64,000 nucleotides of DNA from Minisyncoccota bacterium (GCA_035510575.1 DATKGV010000004.1:88419-152418); one strand, 5' to 3'. Positions 8,344 to 18,515 are shown, numbered from the stretch's first letter. Numbers and translations: made by a program. The notes: generated by a model from the letters alone, not told the origin.

Positions 8344-11300
8344 TTAATTTGCTGCATCACTTGGAGGAACTACAGGATCTGGAGCAGATGTAGAATCAGG
8401 CGCTGCAGGCGGAGTCACAACTTGATCGCTTGGGGGAACTGTTGTATCGTCTGCAGGCGGAGTTACTGATGAATCACTTGCAGGAGCTGTCGAATCTGAA
8501 GCTGGAACCGTTGAATCGGTGGTTGCGGGTTCGGTTGCAGATGGTGCTGATGAACCCGAATTGTCTGCGGTAGAGCTTACATGCGCATTATTTAAAATTT
8601 GAATCAATTGCGCTTCGTCAATGCAGGTATTATTGATGCAGATTTCATTGCTGCTATGAATTGTCTTGGCATACAGATCAGCGATGCCATTGGCTTGATC
8701 AGCTAAGAATTGCGTGATGAGCGAACCTAATGAAGTAGCCGAAGTCGTATCAAGAGACGAAAGATCTTTTATTTTGAGATCCATTTCTTGAATGGCTTTA
8801 ACCGCGTATGGCATCATGCCTAAGTAGTTGAGTGATAGAAGATTGGTATTTGGATCGGTAGAAACCAAATCAGGGAAGATTTGCTTTACATCTTGAGCAA
8901 TGAAGCCGGCATGCTTGGCATCGGTGTCTTGTTCAACTTTCCAATTATACGTTACTGGAACTAGAGCAAGTATTTTGTCCAGTGTTGTTATTGGAGTCGT
9001 GCCAAGTTCTGTTTCCGTCCATGCCATGCCATCTAGAGTGTTGACGTTCTTTTTTAAATTCATGTCTGAACTGCAAGCAAAACCGCTTGATATCGGCACA
9101 ACATCGCAAGTTCCTGCGGAAGTTTGAAATCTTCCTACAATTATATTAGCCGTAGTGGAAGCCGAGCCGACATGGAGAAGATAGCCGGGAGCAGTATTGG
9201 AAATTCCGACATCGCCGTTGCCTAATATTCTCATCGCTTCCGTCATTGTCTGCAATGTCGTGCCACTTCCAAGAGTTTTGCCCGTTGAGAAAATTATGTT
9301 CGAAGCTCCTGTGCCTGTGCCTAGACCAGAGTTTAGCAATAGATTTCCGCCAACCACGTTAGAAACAGAAGTTCCAGCGACAGTTGAACCTGATTGAATA
9401 GTCAGATTATTAGGCGCGACGTCAGTGGCGGAATTTTCAATCCACATGGTTCGATCAGCGCCGGCTCCGAATGATAAAATATTGGTCGGCGTACTTGTAC
9501 CAATACCCAAAGTCGTAATGCTGCTATTGCCTATCACCACCTGGTTGCTGGCGGTAGTGTAAGCGGCATTTCCCAGAGCCATTGAGTTGATAGCGCCTAC
9601 AAGCTGGCTGGCGTTACTTCCGGCGTTAGCTCCCAAAAATGTATTCTGATAGCCGACTGTTATAGACGAACCAGCCGAATTACCAATACCCGTATTAGAA
9701 CCATTATTTCCAGAACCATTCGTGAAAGAAGAAAGAGCGGAAACTCCGACAGCGACATTAGCGCCCGCGGCAGTAACGTTAGGCAGAGCGTTAGTTCCAA
9801 AAGCCGTATTGCCAGTAGTAGTTGTTTTTGCCAAAGCCCCATTGCCAACAGCCGTATTATTTCCTCCTGAAATATTTGCCGCCAGAGTGTTCCAACCAAT
9901 CGCTATATTTTGCGAGCCTGATGTCAATACATTCATAGCTCCTATGCCGATGCCGACATTCTTATCACCAGTCATTGCTGGCGGTCTGGCTCCAATAAGA
10001 ATTGAAAGAGGGTTAGCTGTGCCGATGCTCCCAGCGTTATAAACCGAGAATAGAGAACCGCCATTAGCGTCTGCCACGTTGAGAGTTGGAACATTTACTG
10101 TCGTGGTGATTGTCCAGGTAGCGCCTATGCCATGAGTAAGCTTTCCACCGAAAGTAACCGTCACGCCGTTAGATAATGCTTGAGCCGCAAGAGTAATCGC
10201 CGTATCAGCCGAACTAGCTCCGCCGTCCACATTCCAAGTGAACATATCATAACCCTGTAAAGCGGAAATATTGACTGTACAGCCCGTTCCAGTTCCGCCA
10301 GTTGTCGCTACTACTCCCGTTGAATATCCTGATCCGCCAGTCAAAAGTGTCATCGCATTACATCCCCCGCTTGATAAGCTCGTAACCTTTACGGTCGCCG
10401 CGCCATTGCCGCCAGTCAAAGTCAAAACATCATTCACTGTATAACCTGAACCGCCGACTGATTTGGCGACTGTCTTGACCGGATTTATCTCACTGATAGT
10501 AACGACATAAGACGAATTAGTATTGCCGACATAAGTTCCGCCCGCAGTAGCGTCGTTCGTTCCTGAACCTGAGAATACAACCGCTGACCGAGTCGCCAAA
10601 GATTTTACATCAAGAGTGGCGACGGGAGAAGTATTATTTATCCCTAGACGGATATTCGCCCCGTCATAAGCGGAACTAGCCCCGAAAAATATCTTGCCTT
10701 TCGTAGCGTTTGAAGTAGAATTTAAAGTTAGGTTTTCACCAGCGGCAGTACCGCCGTAAACAGTTTGCCCGCCGGCAATGCCGGTAGCCAGATTATCAGT
10801 AATGGTGTTTGTGGAACGAGTTAAGCCCGTGGAAAAAGTAAGAGGCACCTCGTAAGCGTTAGCGTTAGTGAACGCGGCTGAACCAAGAGTTCCCCCGCCA
10901 GTTGGAATAGTTAAAGTCGCTCCCGCCGCCGGCCAAGTTAAAGTTCCCGCCCCGCCGTTATTGGTGAATGTTGTAGTGAAAGTGGCGTTAGAAACGGCCA
11001 CTGCTGTTCCGCCCACTGCCAAAGCGCCAACGTCGGAATAAGTCAAATTCGTGCCATTGATTTTGTAATGAGAACCAGTCGCAATATTAACATCTCCATT
11101 AACATCTAATTTGTAGTTAGGCGCAGTTATTCCTATTCCCACTTTTTGAGCGCTATCTATTCTCATCGCTTCAGTCAAAACAGATGGCGAAGCGTCAGTC
11201 GCTGTAGAAAATGACAAATAAGTAGGAATACGAGTAGAAGCCACTGTACCGGAAACTCCGACATCTATGCTTCCCATTTCAAGATAACTTGCTCCGTCAT

Positions 11301-13923
11301 ATCCCCTGAATAGCAAACGGCCTAACATATCACCTGTGTTTACTGAAAGAAGCGCAGATGGAGTTCCGCGCGCTTTCCAAAATCCCAAGCGGGCAGAGTT
11401 TGTGCCGTTGTTTATTTGTGATGACACAATTCCTCGCGGATCAGAAGTATCAGTAGTAACGACTTGAAGTTTTGTAAGAGGAGCGGTAGTTCCGATTCCC
11501 AGACGATTATTTGTCTCATCATAAGCTGAAGCTCCCATGATTATTAAACCTTTTGTAGCGTTTGAAGTAGAAGTTAAAGTTAGATTTCCTGAAGCGGCAG
11601 TATCGCCGACTAAAGTCGTTCCGCCTGCTATGCCGACATTGTTTTGAAGATAGCCAGTGAGAGATGCAGAAGTCAAATAAGCAACATTGCTTCCCGATGT
11701 TACAAGCCCGCTTGTTCCTACTGTTACATTATTATAAGTTCCTGCAGATGTTCCTGCAGAAGTTAGGAATCCGCCGTAATTTCCCAGATCATTTGTGAAA
11801 GAAGAAAGAGCGGTCGGGAAAGTTGCCAGAGACAAATCACCTCTGAAATATTGAGATGTCGTGCCGGTGGTGATCGTGTTTTGTTTGGCATTGAGGGCAG
11901 TTTGAGTAGCAGTTGATATTGGTTTGTTAGCATCAGATGTATTATCAACATTACTTAGTCCAACTTGAGATTTGGTTAGGCCAGTTAAAGATGAACCATT
12001 GCCATTTGGAGCCAGGAAAACTGTGCCGGCATCAGTAGTGTAGACGCCGTTGGTGACTGTGCCTGCTGTTAATCCTGCGGCGGTACCAGTAATATTTGTG
12101 CCGACTAAAGCAGAAGGAGTTCCAAGGTTGGGAGTGGCAAGCGTCGGAGAGTTTCCAAATACAAGAGATCCGCTTCCCGTTTCATCCGAAATGACTCCTG
12201 CTAATTGAGCAGAAGTGGTAGCGGCAAATGCGGACAAATTATTAGTCGTCAAGGCCACGGTACCTGTAAGATCCGGGAAGGTATAAGTTTTGTCGGAAGA
12301 AGAAAGATGCGCTACATCAAAGATTCCAAATAGTGTCGGCGAAGGGCCATTTTCCAGCATTTTCAGTCCAGCGGAAGAATTATTGAGAACAATATTATAA
12401 GGTGCGGTTTGATTCCAATCCTGAGTCAAAGGACCTAAAGAAAGGACATTAGAAATATTTTGTAAACCATTGCCATAAGATAAGTTTACATTAGCGGATA
12501 GTTGTACCCATTTGGCGAGTGTTCCTGAATAAGTAAATGAAATACCGTAATAAAGAGAACTGGAGTTTTCCACAAAGCGAGCATCACCGCTTGTTGGAGC
12601 AATGCCTGTATAAGTAAAGGCCCCAGGCGTACCGCCTGTCACATTAAATATATAATCTTTAAAACCAGCAAATGTGCCAAAAGGCGCAGTTGAGGATACC
12701 AGCGCCACGCCAAATCGGTCGCCCAAAACCAAAGAATCCAGTTTTACCCACGCGCCATTTTTATATTCTACTATATCGCCCGGAGCAAAAGCGGACCAAA
12801 CACCGGTGTTTCCGCCTGTGTCAATGATATAACCGTCGCCTTCAACAGTGGTTCCGACCGGTGTAGCGGAATTGGCAATAACATTCACAGCTTGAAGCCC
12901 TGTTTTCCAATTCAATCCCATGGCATTATTATCAACGTATGTTTTTACCGCATTTTGCGTTGGATAGAGCGTGTTAGAGGTGCCAAGAGATGTGTTCGTA
13001 GATTTATTGGCAACATCTTCTGGTGTAAACCCTAAGGCAGTATTTACGTCACTCCCAGTAATTCCAGAAATGTATCCGGCAGGATTGGTGGCATTGTAAG
13101 GAGTATAGCCGATAAGTGATGCCACAGAAATATCGCCAGCCCCTAAAAGATTATTAGAATTGATTGTTTTGATATTTGTGCCGGAAACAAGAGTATCTTG
13201 TTTACCAGAAATATCAGTCGTTTGAGTAGCAGCATTTATTGTGAAATTCGGATAAGTGCCGGTAACCGAAGTGATATTAGTTCCCGCTGAAATAGCGACG
13301 GTTTGGTCGGGAGCAATAGATATATCTCCACTACCCAAAAGCGAACTAGAATTGATTGTTTTGATGTTTGTGCCGGCAGGCAAAGTTACCGTGCCGGTAA
13401 AAGTCGGCGAATTGAGAAGTGCGTATAAGCTTGAATCAATTCCTCCCAAGGTCTTGGCATTGATGGCAGCTCCGCTTGAAGTAATACGCCCTCGCGGACC
13501 GAGCGTTTCAAAAGTTATATTATTAGATGAGACCTCCACTTGAAGATAGACGGTATCATTATCTTGGAAATTATAAGTTAGAGCATCAGGATAGCCCGAT
13601 CCTGTATCTCCGATATTCACATCAAAAACACCGTTGGTAACAGAGAGAGTAGCTGTGCCGGGCGAACCTGATGGCCAAAGTTTCGCGCCAGAACCGACAG
13701 TCGGATTATCCCAAATAGAAAATTTAAAATAATAATTTGTGCCTGTTCCTCCCAAAAGAACTCCGTTTGAGTCCGTTAGCCGGCCTTGATAACTAATGAT
13801 ATTAGGAACGCCGGCGGCAGCGTGAGCAACAGAAAAAGAGAAAACGCCCAATATGAACACCGCTAAAATGGCATAGATGCTCTTTGACAAAAAATTATAT
13901 CTCCTTTCAAACATACTTTCCAA
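8344..13923 (-). CDS. Giant (1859 aa) secreted/anchored surface protein with tail-fibre-like repeats and a C-terminal intramolecular-chaperone (peptidase S74-like) domain
   Basis: N-terminal hydrophobic signal/anchor segment. Long G/T/S/N-rich repeat blocks (NTAIG..AL, GIGTTAPxxKLxV). Near the C-terminus, SSDMNLKKNVNTLDG...LALVPVTYNWK...HAGFIAQDVKQIFPDLV...LSLNYLGMMPYAVKAIQEM matches the phage tail-fibre / endosialidase chaperone domain. This is followed by a Pro/Ser/Thr-rich tail. DNA-level internal repeats are visible, for example around 13140..13400. Confidence 0.8.
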   Translation of the reverse strand: MESMFERRYNFLSKSIYAILAVFILGVFSFSVAHAAAGVPNIISYQGRLTDSNGVLLGGTGTNYYFKFSIWDNPTVGSGAKLWPSGSPGTATLSVTNGVFDVNIGDTGSGYPDALTYNFQDNDTVYLQVEVSSNNITFETLGPRGRITSSGAAINAKTLGGIDSSLYALLNSPTFTGTVTLPAGTNIKTINSSSLLGSGDISIAPDQTVAISAGTNITSVTGTYPNFTINAATQTTDISGKQDTLVSGTNIKTINSNNLLGAGDISVASLIGYTPYNATNPAGYISGITGSDVNTALGFTPEDVANKSTNTSLGTSNTLYPTQNAVKTYVDNNAMGLNWKTGLQAVNVIANSATPVGTTVEGDGYIIDTGGNTGVWSAFAPGDIVEYKNGAWVKLDSLVLGDRFGVALVSSTAPFGTFAGFKDYIFNVTGGTPGAFTYTGIAPTSGDARFVENSSSLYYGISFTYSGTLAKWVQLSANVNLSYGNGLQNISNVLSLGPLTQDWNQTAPYNIVLNNSSAGLKMLENGPSPTLFGIFDVAHLSSSDKTYTFPDLTGTVALTTNNLSAFAATTSAQLAGVISDETGSGSLVFGNSPTLATPNLGTPSALVGTNITGTAAGLTAGTVTNGVYTTDAGTVFLAPNGNGSSLTGLTKSQVGLSNVDNTSDANKPISTATQTALNAKQNTITTGTTSQYFRGDLSLATFPTALSSFTNDLGNYGGFLTSAGTSAGTYNNVTVGTSGLVTSGSNVAYLTSASLTGYLQNNVGIAGGTTLVGDTAASGNLTLTSTSNATKGLIIMGASAYDETNNRLGIGTTAPLTKLQVVTTDTSDPRGIVSSQINNGTNSARLGFWKARGTPSALLSVNTGDMLGRLLFRGYDGASYLEMGSIDVGVSGTVASTRIPTYLSFSTATDASPSVLTEAMRIDSAQKVGIGITAPNYKLDVNGDVNIATGSHYKINGTNLTYSDVGALAVGGTAVAVSNATFTTTFTNNGGAGTLTWPAAGATLTIPTGGGTLGSAAFTNANAYEVPLTFSTGLTRSTNTITDNLATGIAGGQTVYGGTAAGENLTLNSTSNATKGKIFFGASSAYDGANIRLGINNTSPVATLDVKSLATRSAVVFSGSGTNDATAGGTYVGNTNSSYVVTISEINPVKTVAKSVGGSGYTVNDVLTLTGGNGAATVKVTSLSSGGCNAMTLLTGGSGYSTGVVATTGGTGTGCTVNISALQGYDMFTWNVDGGASSADTAITLAAQALSNGVTVTFGGKLTHGIGATWTITTTVNVPTLNVADANGGSLFSVYNAGSIGTANPLSILIGARPPAMTGDKNVGIGIGAMNVLTSGSQNIAIGWNTLAANISGGNNTAVGNGALAKTTTTGNTAFGTNALPNVTAAGANVAVGVSALSSFTNGSGNNGSNTGIGNSAGSSITVGYQNTFLGANAGSNASQLVGAINSMALGNAAYTTASNQVVIGNSSITTLGIGTSTPTNILSFGAGADRTMWIENSATDVAPNNLTIQSGSTVAGTSVSNVVGGNLLLNSGLGTGTGASNIIFSTGKTLGSGTTLQTMTEAMRILGNGDVGISNTAPGYLLHVGSASTTANIIVGRFQTSAGTCDVVPISSGFACSSDMNLKKNVNTLDGMAWTETELGTTPITTLDKILALVPVTYNWKVEQDTDAKHAGFIAQDVKQIFPDLVSTDPNTNLLSLNYLGMMPYAVKAIQEMDLKIKDLSSLDTTSATSLGSLITQFLADQANGIADLYAKTIHSSNEICINNTCIDEAQLIQILNNAHVSSTADNSGSSAPSATEPATTDSTVPASDSTAPASDSSVTPPADDTTVPPSDQVVTPPAAPDSTSAPDPVVPPSDAAN

Positions 13924-13992
13924 TTATACAATGATACAAGATTTTTTACAAGATTAAAACAGATTTAGGCGTTAATTATTGGGATATATCGG

Positions 13993-14775
13993 CTACTGTC
14001 TTCTTCTATTTCTTTTAATTCGCGAATTGACGACGAGCAAGTATATGACCGCTGCCAAGAGCAATATTATTATGATGATGAGAATATAAAGGATATGAAT
14101 AAGGTCTTCAACTGTTATGGTAATGGTGGTCGTATAAACATTATCGGAAAGGTGCAATACCGATTGAGTGGGCTGTAATTCTATCGGCTGTTCTGGAACA
14201 TTAGTCGTGGTTGCATTAGGATTTAATTGATTTTGCTGTTCTTCCGGCAGAGGCGAAGGAATATTTTCATTTGCTTTTATTTCGGGCTCGGAAATTGATA
14301 TCGTGCTACCGGATGTGCCATTGAGCGCGTCGCCGGCATTGCCGTCATTTAATAAAACCTTGCCGCTGGCGATATTGATATTCGCATTGCCCACTTCGAT
14401 AGCCCTGAAAGTTATATTGCCTAAAGTGCCGGCTGATCCTTTGTATCCCGGCGATATTATGCCAGCCGAGAAGAAAACTTTGGTCTGGCTTTTATAAGGC
14501 GATCCGGGAGTTTGCATAGTAAAGGTCTGGCCGGGAGACACGCTTACCACCTCAAGTTTGTCAGAACTGAAATTAATTGTCGCTTCAGCGACATTGACTC
14601 TAGCGCCTTTGGTATCGGTCTTGATGGTAACGGTAAAAGTGGAACCGAGAGTTGTATTATAGCTTGCGGGAGTTATATAGAGCGTAGCGGCATCAGCGCG
14701 ATTCGCAAACAGCGCCAAAAAAATCGCTATTACGGCAAAACCAATAATAAATCTTTTTATATTTTCTTTATGCAT
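13993..14775 (-). CDS. Cohesin-like domain protein with signal peptide and C-terminal TM anchor
   Basis: Signal peptide ...ANRADA. Cohesin-like block TLYITPASYNTTLGSTFTVTIKTD...VNVAEATINFSSDKLEVVSVSPG. C-terminal hydrophobic helix plus RIKRNRRRQ. Confidence 0.6.
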   Translation of the reverse strand: MHKENIKRFIIGFAVIAIFLALFANRADAATLYITPASYNTTLGSTFTVTIKTDTKGARVNVAEATINFSSDKLEVVSVSPGQTFTMQTPGSPYKSQTKVFFSAGIISPGYKGSAGTLGNITFRAIEVGNANINIASGKVLLNDGNAGDALNGTSGSTISISEPEIKANENIPSPLPEEQQNQLNPNATTTNVPEQPIELQPTQSVLHLSDNVYTTTITITVEDLIHILYILIIIIILLLAAVIYLLVVNSRIKRNRRRQ

Positions 14776-15913
14776 GATGATTTATGCTATAGCGCCTGAT
14801 TAAAACAAAGCCACCGACAATAATAATAATTATTCCAAGTATAGCACAATATGAAGCGAATGTTGAAAGATATCCGCGATAGTAAACAGCCGCTACGCTT
14901 TCGTTGCCAGCCAAATCAGTGGCTTTTATTTTTACAAGATTTCCAAAAAGAGGCGGATCAAGCGGATATGGGCTCGCAGCTTCATGATAAAATCCGAACC
15001 AGCCGGTTTTCACTTTATAGTTTGCAATGCCGGATGCCTTATCGACAGCGAAAAAATTCAAGAATGATTTGCCGTTGAACATGGAATCATTTTTATCGAT
15101 AATATCCGACAAAAATGTCGGGGCGGTCTTGTCAATTTGCACTCGATAGACCCCGGCCTCTTCCAATATGCCATTAACGGGAATCGCAAGCTTGAAATAA
15201 TATATTCCATCAGGCAGATTATCGTATGTAATAGGGCCTGTGATCGGTTTCGGCTGCATGCTTGGAATAATTTCCGGATTGCTGCCGAAGCTATAGCTGT
15301 AAAGCTCGCCCGTTTTCGCGCCGACAAGAATGACTACGGTATTGTCGCGATACCATTTATTTTCATCCGGATGCGTCGGAGAAGTTATGCTATAAAGTTT
15401 GTTATTCCCAGATAAGACGGAGAAAGCAAGCGGCCGCATGGTGAGAGGAACGACAGTTCCCAATCCGTCATGAAGAAGGACTCGTGTGGGATTAATCGTC
15501 ATTATAACGGCATTGCCGGCCATTTTGGCCTTAAAAACTGTCCGCAGTAATGGGATATGAGAGCCATTTATGCCGCCCGGCGCGCCTCCGGTGAAAGTTA
15601 TAACGCCCGGAGCTATGACTTTCGGCTGATCAACCCAAAGAAGCAAGGCCGATGAGCCGATTGAAACCTCGGTGCTCTCGAGGATATCTGGCGAATAGTA
15701 AAGCTTCGCATCGACAATATTTATGGTTTTGCCTTCCGTGTCTAAAAACCAATCAGCTGAAAAAGTATCGCCGGCATAGACCGTCTGCTCGGCTACGCTG
15801 ACTGAAAGATTGGCGGCATTTGCGATATGGCGAACGCCGGTAAAAGCGCCTAACAGCATGATTAAGAAAATTAATAATTTGCAAGTTATTTTTTTATTAT
15901 CCTGTCCAATCAT
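14768..15913 (-). CDS. Second cohesin-like surface protein with C-terminal TM anchor
   Basis: Signal peptide. Block SVSVAEQTVYAGDTFSADWFLDTEGKTINIVDAKLYYSPDILEST resembles cohesin. C-terminal TM ILGIIIIIVGGFVLI. Confidence 0.55.
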   Translation of the reverse strand: MIGQDNKKITCKLLIFLIMLLGAFTGVRHIANAANLSVSVAEQTVYAGDTFSADWFLDTEGKTINIVDAKLYYSPDILESTEVSIGSSALLLWVDQPKVIAPGVITFTGGAPGGINGSHIPLLRTVFKAKMAGNAVIMTINPTRVLLHDGLGTVVPLTMRPLAFSVLSGNNKLYSITSPTHPDENKWYRDNTVVILVGAKTGELYSYSFGSNPEIIPSMQPKPITGPITYDNLPDGIYYFKLAIPVNGILEEAGVYRVQIDKTAPTFLSDIIDKNDSMFNGKSFLNFFAVDKASGIANYKVKTGWFGFYHEAASPYPLDPPLFGNLVKIKATDLAGNESVAAVYYRGYLSTFASYCAILGIIIIIVGGFVLIRRYSINHHA

Positions 15914-17237
15914 AAAGCATTATTGAAAGATCAATGACATCGACTATGCCATCCTTATTAATATCCGCCCTTGACGTTGCCGGCGGCTTCTTATGCCAGT
16001 AATACAGTAGCATGGAAAAATCAATTATGTTAACTTTACCATCCTTGTTCAAATCGCTGCGCTTATATGAAACAACAGACGGCTTGACTGAAGTGGTTCC
16101 GACGCTAAAAGCCACAATATTGCTTGGATCGGTAATGCGGTCATTTATGGCTGCTCTGGAAAAAGTGCTGTGATTCCCAATAGCCAGCACTGAGGTGTCA
16201 AACTGCTTGAACCAAATGCCGGCGGTTGATGAGATTATTTTCTTTATGAATTCTTGCGCCGAATGCACGTACATCGTAACCTCGGCTTTCGGAACGGTCA
16301 TGCCGAAAATATTAATCGGGTCGCCTTTCTTGACTTCCGTATTGCTTACTCCGATGGTCGGAGCCAAGAAAATATTATTAATATGAATAGTTATGGAATC
16401 GCTGATGCTGACCGGGAAGCTGTAAGTCGGCGATTTCAATCCGTTCGCATCCACGGCATAGACGCCGAAGTTATAATAAGCTGTCGGAAGATTCGCCACA
16501 GTTACGTTGAAAGCGGCGCCCGGATCGGCTGTAGTGACCGAAGCTATCGTGCCGTCTTTAAGAATAGTGACTTTCGTATTCGGATAGGCCATGCCGGAAA
16601 TTTCAACAGATCCGCCGTAAGTTTGCGGATTGCCATTTCCGCCGCCATTATTATTTGGAGGAGGAGTAATTGGATTAGCGCCATTTGGCACGACAGAAAT
16701 TTGAGTAGAAAAAGCGATTGGAAAATTGCCGGTTGTCTTTGCCTTGACGATGAAATAATAAGTTACTCCATTAACTAATCCTCCTTTGGTGAAAGAATTC
16801 ACATTGCCAACATCTTCAAACGTGTAGGAATATGGCGTAGTACTGACGCCGACATCATATCCGATAATTGGAGGATGGCCGATTATAACCGGAGTTGTCC
16901 AGACCAATACGACGCTGCCGGCAGTATTTGTCGAGCTGGTTCCAAGAAGAGTGAATGTGCTGCTGTTATAATATTGAAAGCCGCTCCATAATTGGAAATC
17001 CGAAGATGATGATTTGCCGATGACCATTTGTCCGAGCGATTGCCCTAACCCGAAATTGGCCGAGGAACTGCTGCCAAGGCCTTCCGTAATGACCGGATTT
17101 AATACGGTAAAATTGCTTGAGGATATGGTTGCGCCAAAGCCCGGCATCGGTCTTGAAAAACCGACGATAACGACAATAAGAATTAAAATAGGGAAAAAAT
17201 AGAAATATCTCTTACTCACAAGCATATTATACAACAA
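15897..17237 (-). CDS. Secreted protein with FN3-like region and C-terminal type-I dockerin
   Basis: The C-terminus has two canonical dockerin Ca-binding repeats: SDLNKDGKVNIIDFSMLLYYW and ADINKDGIVDVIDLSIMLYDW. There is an N-terminal signal/anchor segment. Confidence 0.75.
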   Translation of the reverse strand: MLYNMLVSKRYFYFFPILILIVVIVGFSRPMPGFGATISSSNFTVLNPVITEGLGSSSSANFGLGQSLGQMVIGKSSSSDFQLWSGFQYYNSSTFTLLGTSSTNTAGSVVLVWTTPVIIGHPPIIGYDVGVSTTPYSYTFEDVGNVNSFTKGGLVNGVTYYFIVKAKTTGNFPIAFSTQISVVPNGANPITPPPNNNGGGNGNPQTYGGSVEISGMAYPNTKVTILKDGTIASVTTADPGAAFNVTVANLPTAYYNFGVYAVDANGLKSPTYSFPVSISDSITIHINNIFLAPTIGVSNTEVKKGDPINIFGMTVPKAEVTMYVHSAQEFIKKIISSTAGIWFKQFDTSVLAIGNHSTFSRAAINDRITDPSNIVAFSVGTTSVKPSVVSYKRSDLNKDGKVNIIDFSMLLYYWHKKPPATSRADINKDGIVDVIDLSIMLYDWTG

Positions 17238-17279
17238 AATAAAAAATTAAACACTAAAAGAACCGACTAGGTCTTGGCT

Positions 17280-17310
17280 AATCAGCCATAAGTCCGACTT
17301 ATGGCTGATT
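17280..17310. repeat. 31-nt palindrome AATCAGCCATAAGTCCGACTTATGGCTGATT at the trmD 3' end, followed by a T-run on the plus strand
   Basis: The right arm encodes the last codons and the TAA stop of trmD. It shares the GTCGGACTT/AAGTCCGAC core with the rpoB-rpoC palindrome. Confidence 0.8.
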
Positions 17311-18090
17311 TTTATTATTTTTCCATTCTTCTATTTTTTTACGATCTCCTGACAGCAAGACCTTCGGAACTTTATATTTTTTATTGTTATATATTAATAT
17401 TTCTGGCTTGGTATAAATTTCGCTTGACGATATCCGCTCTTCTTCGCGGGAATCAAAATTGCCAAGCACTCCCTTTACTTGCCGAGAAATTGAATCAATC
17501 AAAACCATGGCTGGTATTTCCCCTCCGGTTAAGACATAATCTCCGATTGATATTCTTCTTGCCCCGCCAAGGCGGAGTGAATCTTTAAGAATCTTATCAA
17601 CACGCGCATCAATGCCTTCATAGCGGCCGCAAATCATTATGATGTCGGTATATTTTTTAGAAAAATTCTTGGCCAAAGCTGTCGTAAATTTTTCCGCTGA
17701 TGGAACAAAATTAATAACAAGAGTTTTTGGGCGAAGATTTTGAAAAGATTTTTGAAGTCTGGCCTCGCCTTTTTTAATTTTTCTAGTATTGGCGAGGAGA
17801 TCCGAGGACTTCAAAAATCTTTTCAAAATTGAAGCCCGGACTGATTCAACAGCATTTATAATAGGTTCTGCCATCATCACCATGCCCGGACCGCCGGCAT
17901 AAGGCCGATCATCAATACGTAAAGACATATTGCCGTCAGGCCAGATCTTTTTATATTTGCCGGTGGCAAATTTGCGGGGATTAATGAAGGATACAGAAAT
18001 TTTTTTTAACTTTATCGCCCGCCCCAAAATGGACTCCTTAAGATACGAGTCAAACATTTCCGGAAACAAAGTAATAATATGGAAATTCAT
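17299..18090 (-). CDS. trmD: tRNA (guanine37-N1)-methyltransferase
   Basis: MNFHIITLFPEMFDSYL and further TrmD blocks. Sits in the rpsP-KH-trmD context. Confidence 0.9.
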   Translation of the reverse strand: MNFHIITLFPEMFDSYLKESILGRAIKLKKISVSFINPRKFATGKYKKIWPDGNMSLRIDDRPYAGGPGMVMMAEPIINAVESVRASILKRFLKSSDLLANTRKIKKGEARLQKSFQNLRPKTLVINFVPSAEKFTTALAKNFSKKYTDIIMICGRYEGIDARVDKILKDSLRLGGARRISIGDYVLTGGEIPAMVLIDSISRQVKGVLGNFDSREEERISSSEIYTKPEILIYNNKKYKVPKVLLSGDRKKIEEWKNNKNQP

Positions 18091-18411
18091 TTATATCCCC
18101 TTCAAATCGTCTAACACATTATCAACTGATTTTGACGGACCGGGAGCTGCAGGCATCTTGCTGCCGCCTTCGGGCTCATTAATTTTAAGATTAACGCGAG
18201 CATTATTCTTCATGCCGATAACGCGCAACAGCGTCCTAATAGCTTTCGCAGTATTGCCTTGGCGGCCTATAATTTTCCCCATATCGGCGCTATTAACAGT
18301 CATAGTAATGAGCACGCCCATTTCATCAACCGTTCGGTCGATTTTCACATCGTCCGGATAATCAACCAATGCTTTCACGACATATTCAAGAAACGCTTTA
18401 TCATCTGCCAT
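18091..18411 (-). CDS. KH-domain RNA-binding protein (YlqC/UPF0109-like)
   Basis: Motif GKIIGRQGNTAKAIRTLL. Located between rpsP and trmD. Confidence 0.8.
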   Translation of the reverse strand: MADDKAFLEYVVKALVDYPDDVKIDRTVDEMGVLITMTVNSADMGKIIGRQGNTAKAIRTLLRVIGMKNNARVNLKINEPEGGSKMPAAPGPSKSVDNVLDDLKGI

Positions 18412-18515
18412 ATTTTTATAGTTCTTATAGTATTATTCGTAAATCTATGCAGTGTACCGACTACAAACTGCGTTGCCTACATTGTAACACAATGAGCTTT
18501 TTCGTTGCAATAAGT

